Part shown: in pieces, positions 19,150 through 19,493 of the stretch
Numbering within the stretch: position 1 is the stretch's first letter
Layout: the number at the start of each line of letters is the position of its first letter
NCBI RefSeq assembly: GCF_006345805.1
Contig: NW_021824459.1
Coordinates: 1 to 19,493, forward strand
Length of the DNA: 19,493 nt
Direction of reading: 5' to 3'
DNA from: Octopus sinensis
Lineage: Eukaryota
The notes under the pieces: model-generated
What the model was told of the DNA's origin: nothing
Seen by the model: the letters and a program-made list of their open reading frames with translations, nothing else
The model's database searches: none
Made by a program: the position numbers and the translations under genes

Positions 19150-19493
19150 TGTGGTGTGGAAGCACTCCGTCGGTTACGACGATGAGGGTTCCGGTTGATC
19201 CGAATCAACGGAACAGCCTGCTCGTGAAATTAACGTGTAAGTGGCTGAGCACTCCACAGACACGTGCACCCTTAACGTAGTTCTCGGGGATATTCAGCGT
19301 GACACAGAGAGTGACAAGGCCGGCCCTTTGAATTACAGGTACAACAGAAACAGGAAGTAAGAGCGAGGAAAGTTGTGGTGAAAGAGTACAGCAGGGAGCC
19401 ACCACCCCCTGCCGGAGCCTCATGGAGCTTTTAGGTGTTTTCGCTCAATAAACACTCACAACGCCCGGTCTGGGAATCGAAACCGCGATCTAT
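19150..19493 (-). mobile_element. tRNA-derived SINE, family E (head cut by the window end)
   Basis: B-box-like GGTTTCGATTCCC on the minus strand near 19470-19484, followed by GTGTTTATTGAGCGAAAACACC, similar to the family A head region. Confidence 0.75.

Noticed and set aside
19205-19423. 72-aa minus-strand ORF
   Set aside because: Lies wholly within the family E SINE body and has no recognisable domain.

Overview
AT-rich eukaryotic, repeat-saturated non-coding DNA (intronic or intergenic). The dense compound microsatellites and tRNA-derived SINE families look like a coleoid cephalopod, probably Octopus; this is recognition from memory, not a search result. No intact protein-coding gene can be supported, and nearly all ORF-track entries are translated microsatellites or SINEs. 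Contents: at least six families of tRNA-headed SINE-like repeats, two of them as tandem or inverted multimers; four same-strand 3' fragments of an R4/Dong-type non-LTR retrotransposon (restriction-like endonuclease remnants); a CR1/L2-like 3' end; a 650-bp tandem duplication; and a 100-bp-arm foldback. The best lead is a tRNA-headed repeat whose 3' part contains a minimal Penelope-type hammerhead ribozyme (intact core at 8180-8225, minus strand) inside a ~0.95-kb palindrome. A second, unrelated hammerhead-like fold lies at 1795-1860. There are also weaker plus-strand splice-signal candidates, including a 21-nt microexon at 7922-7942.
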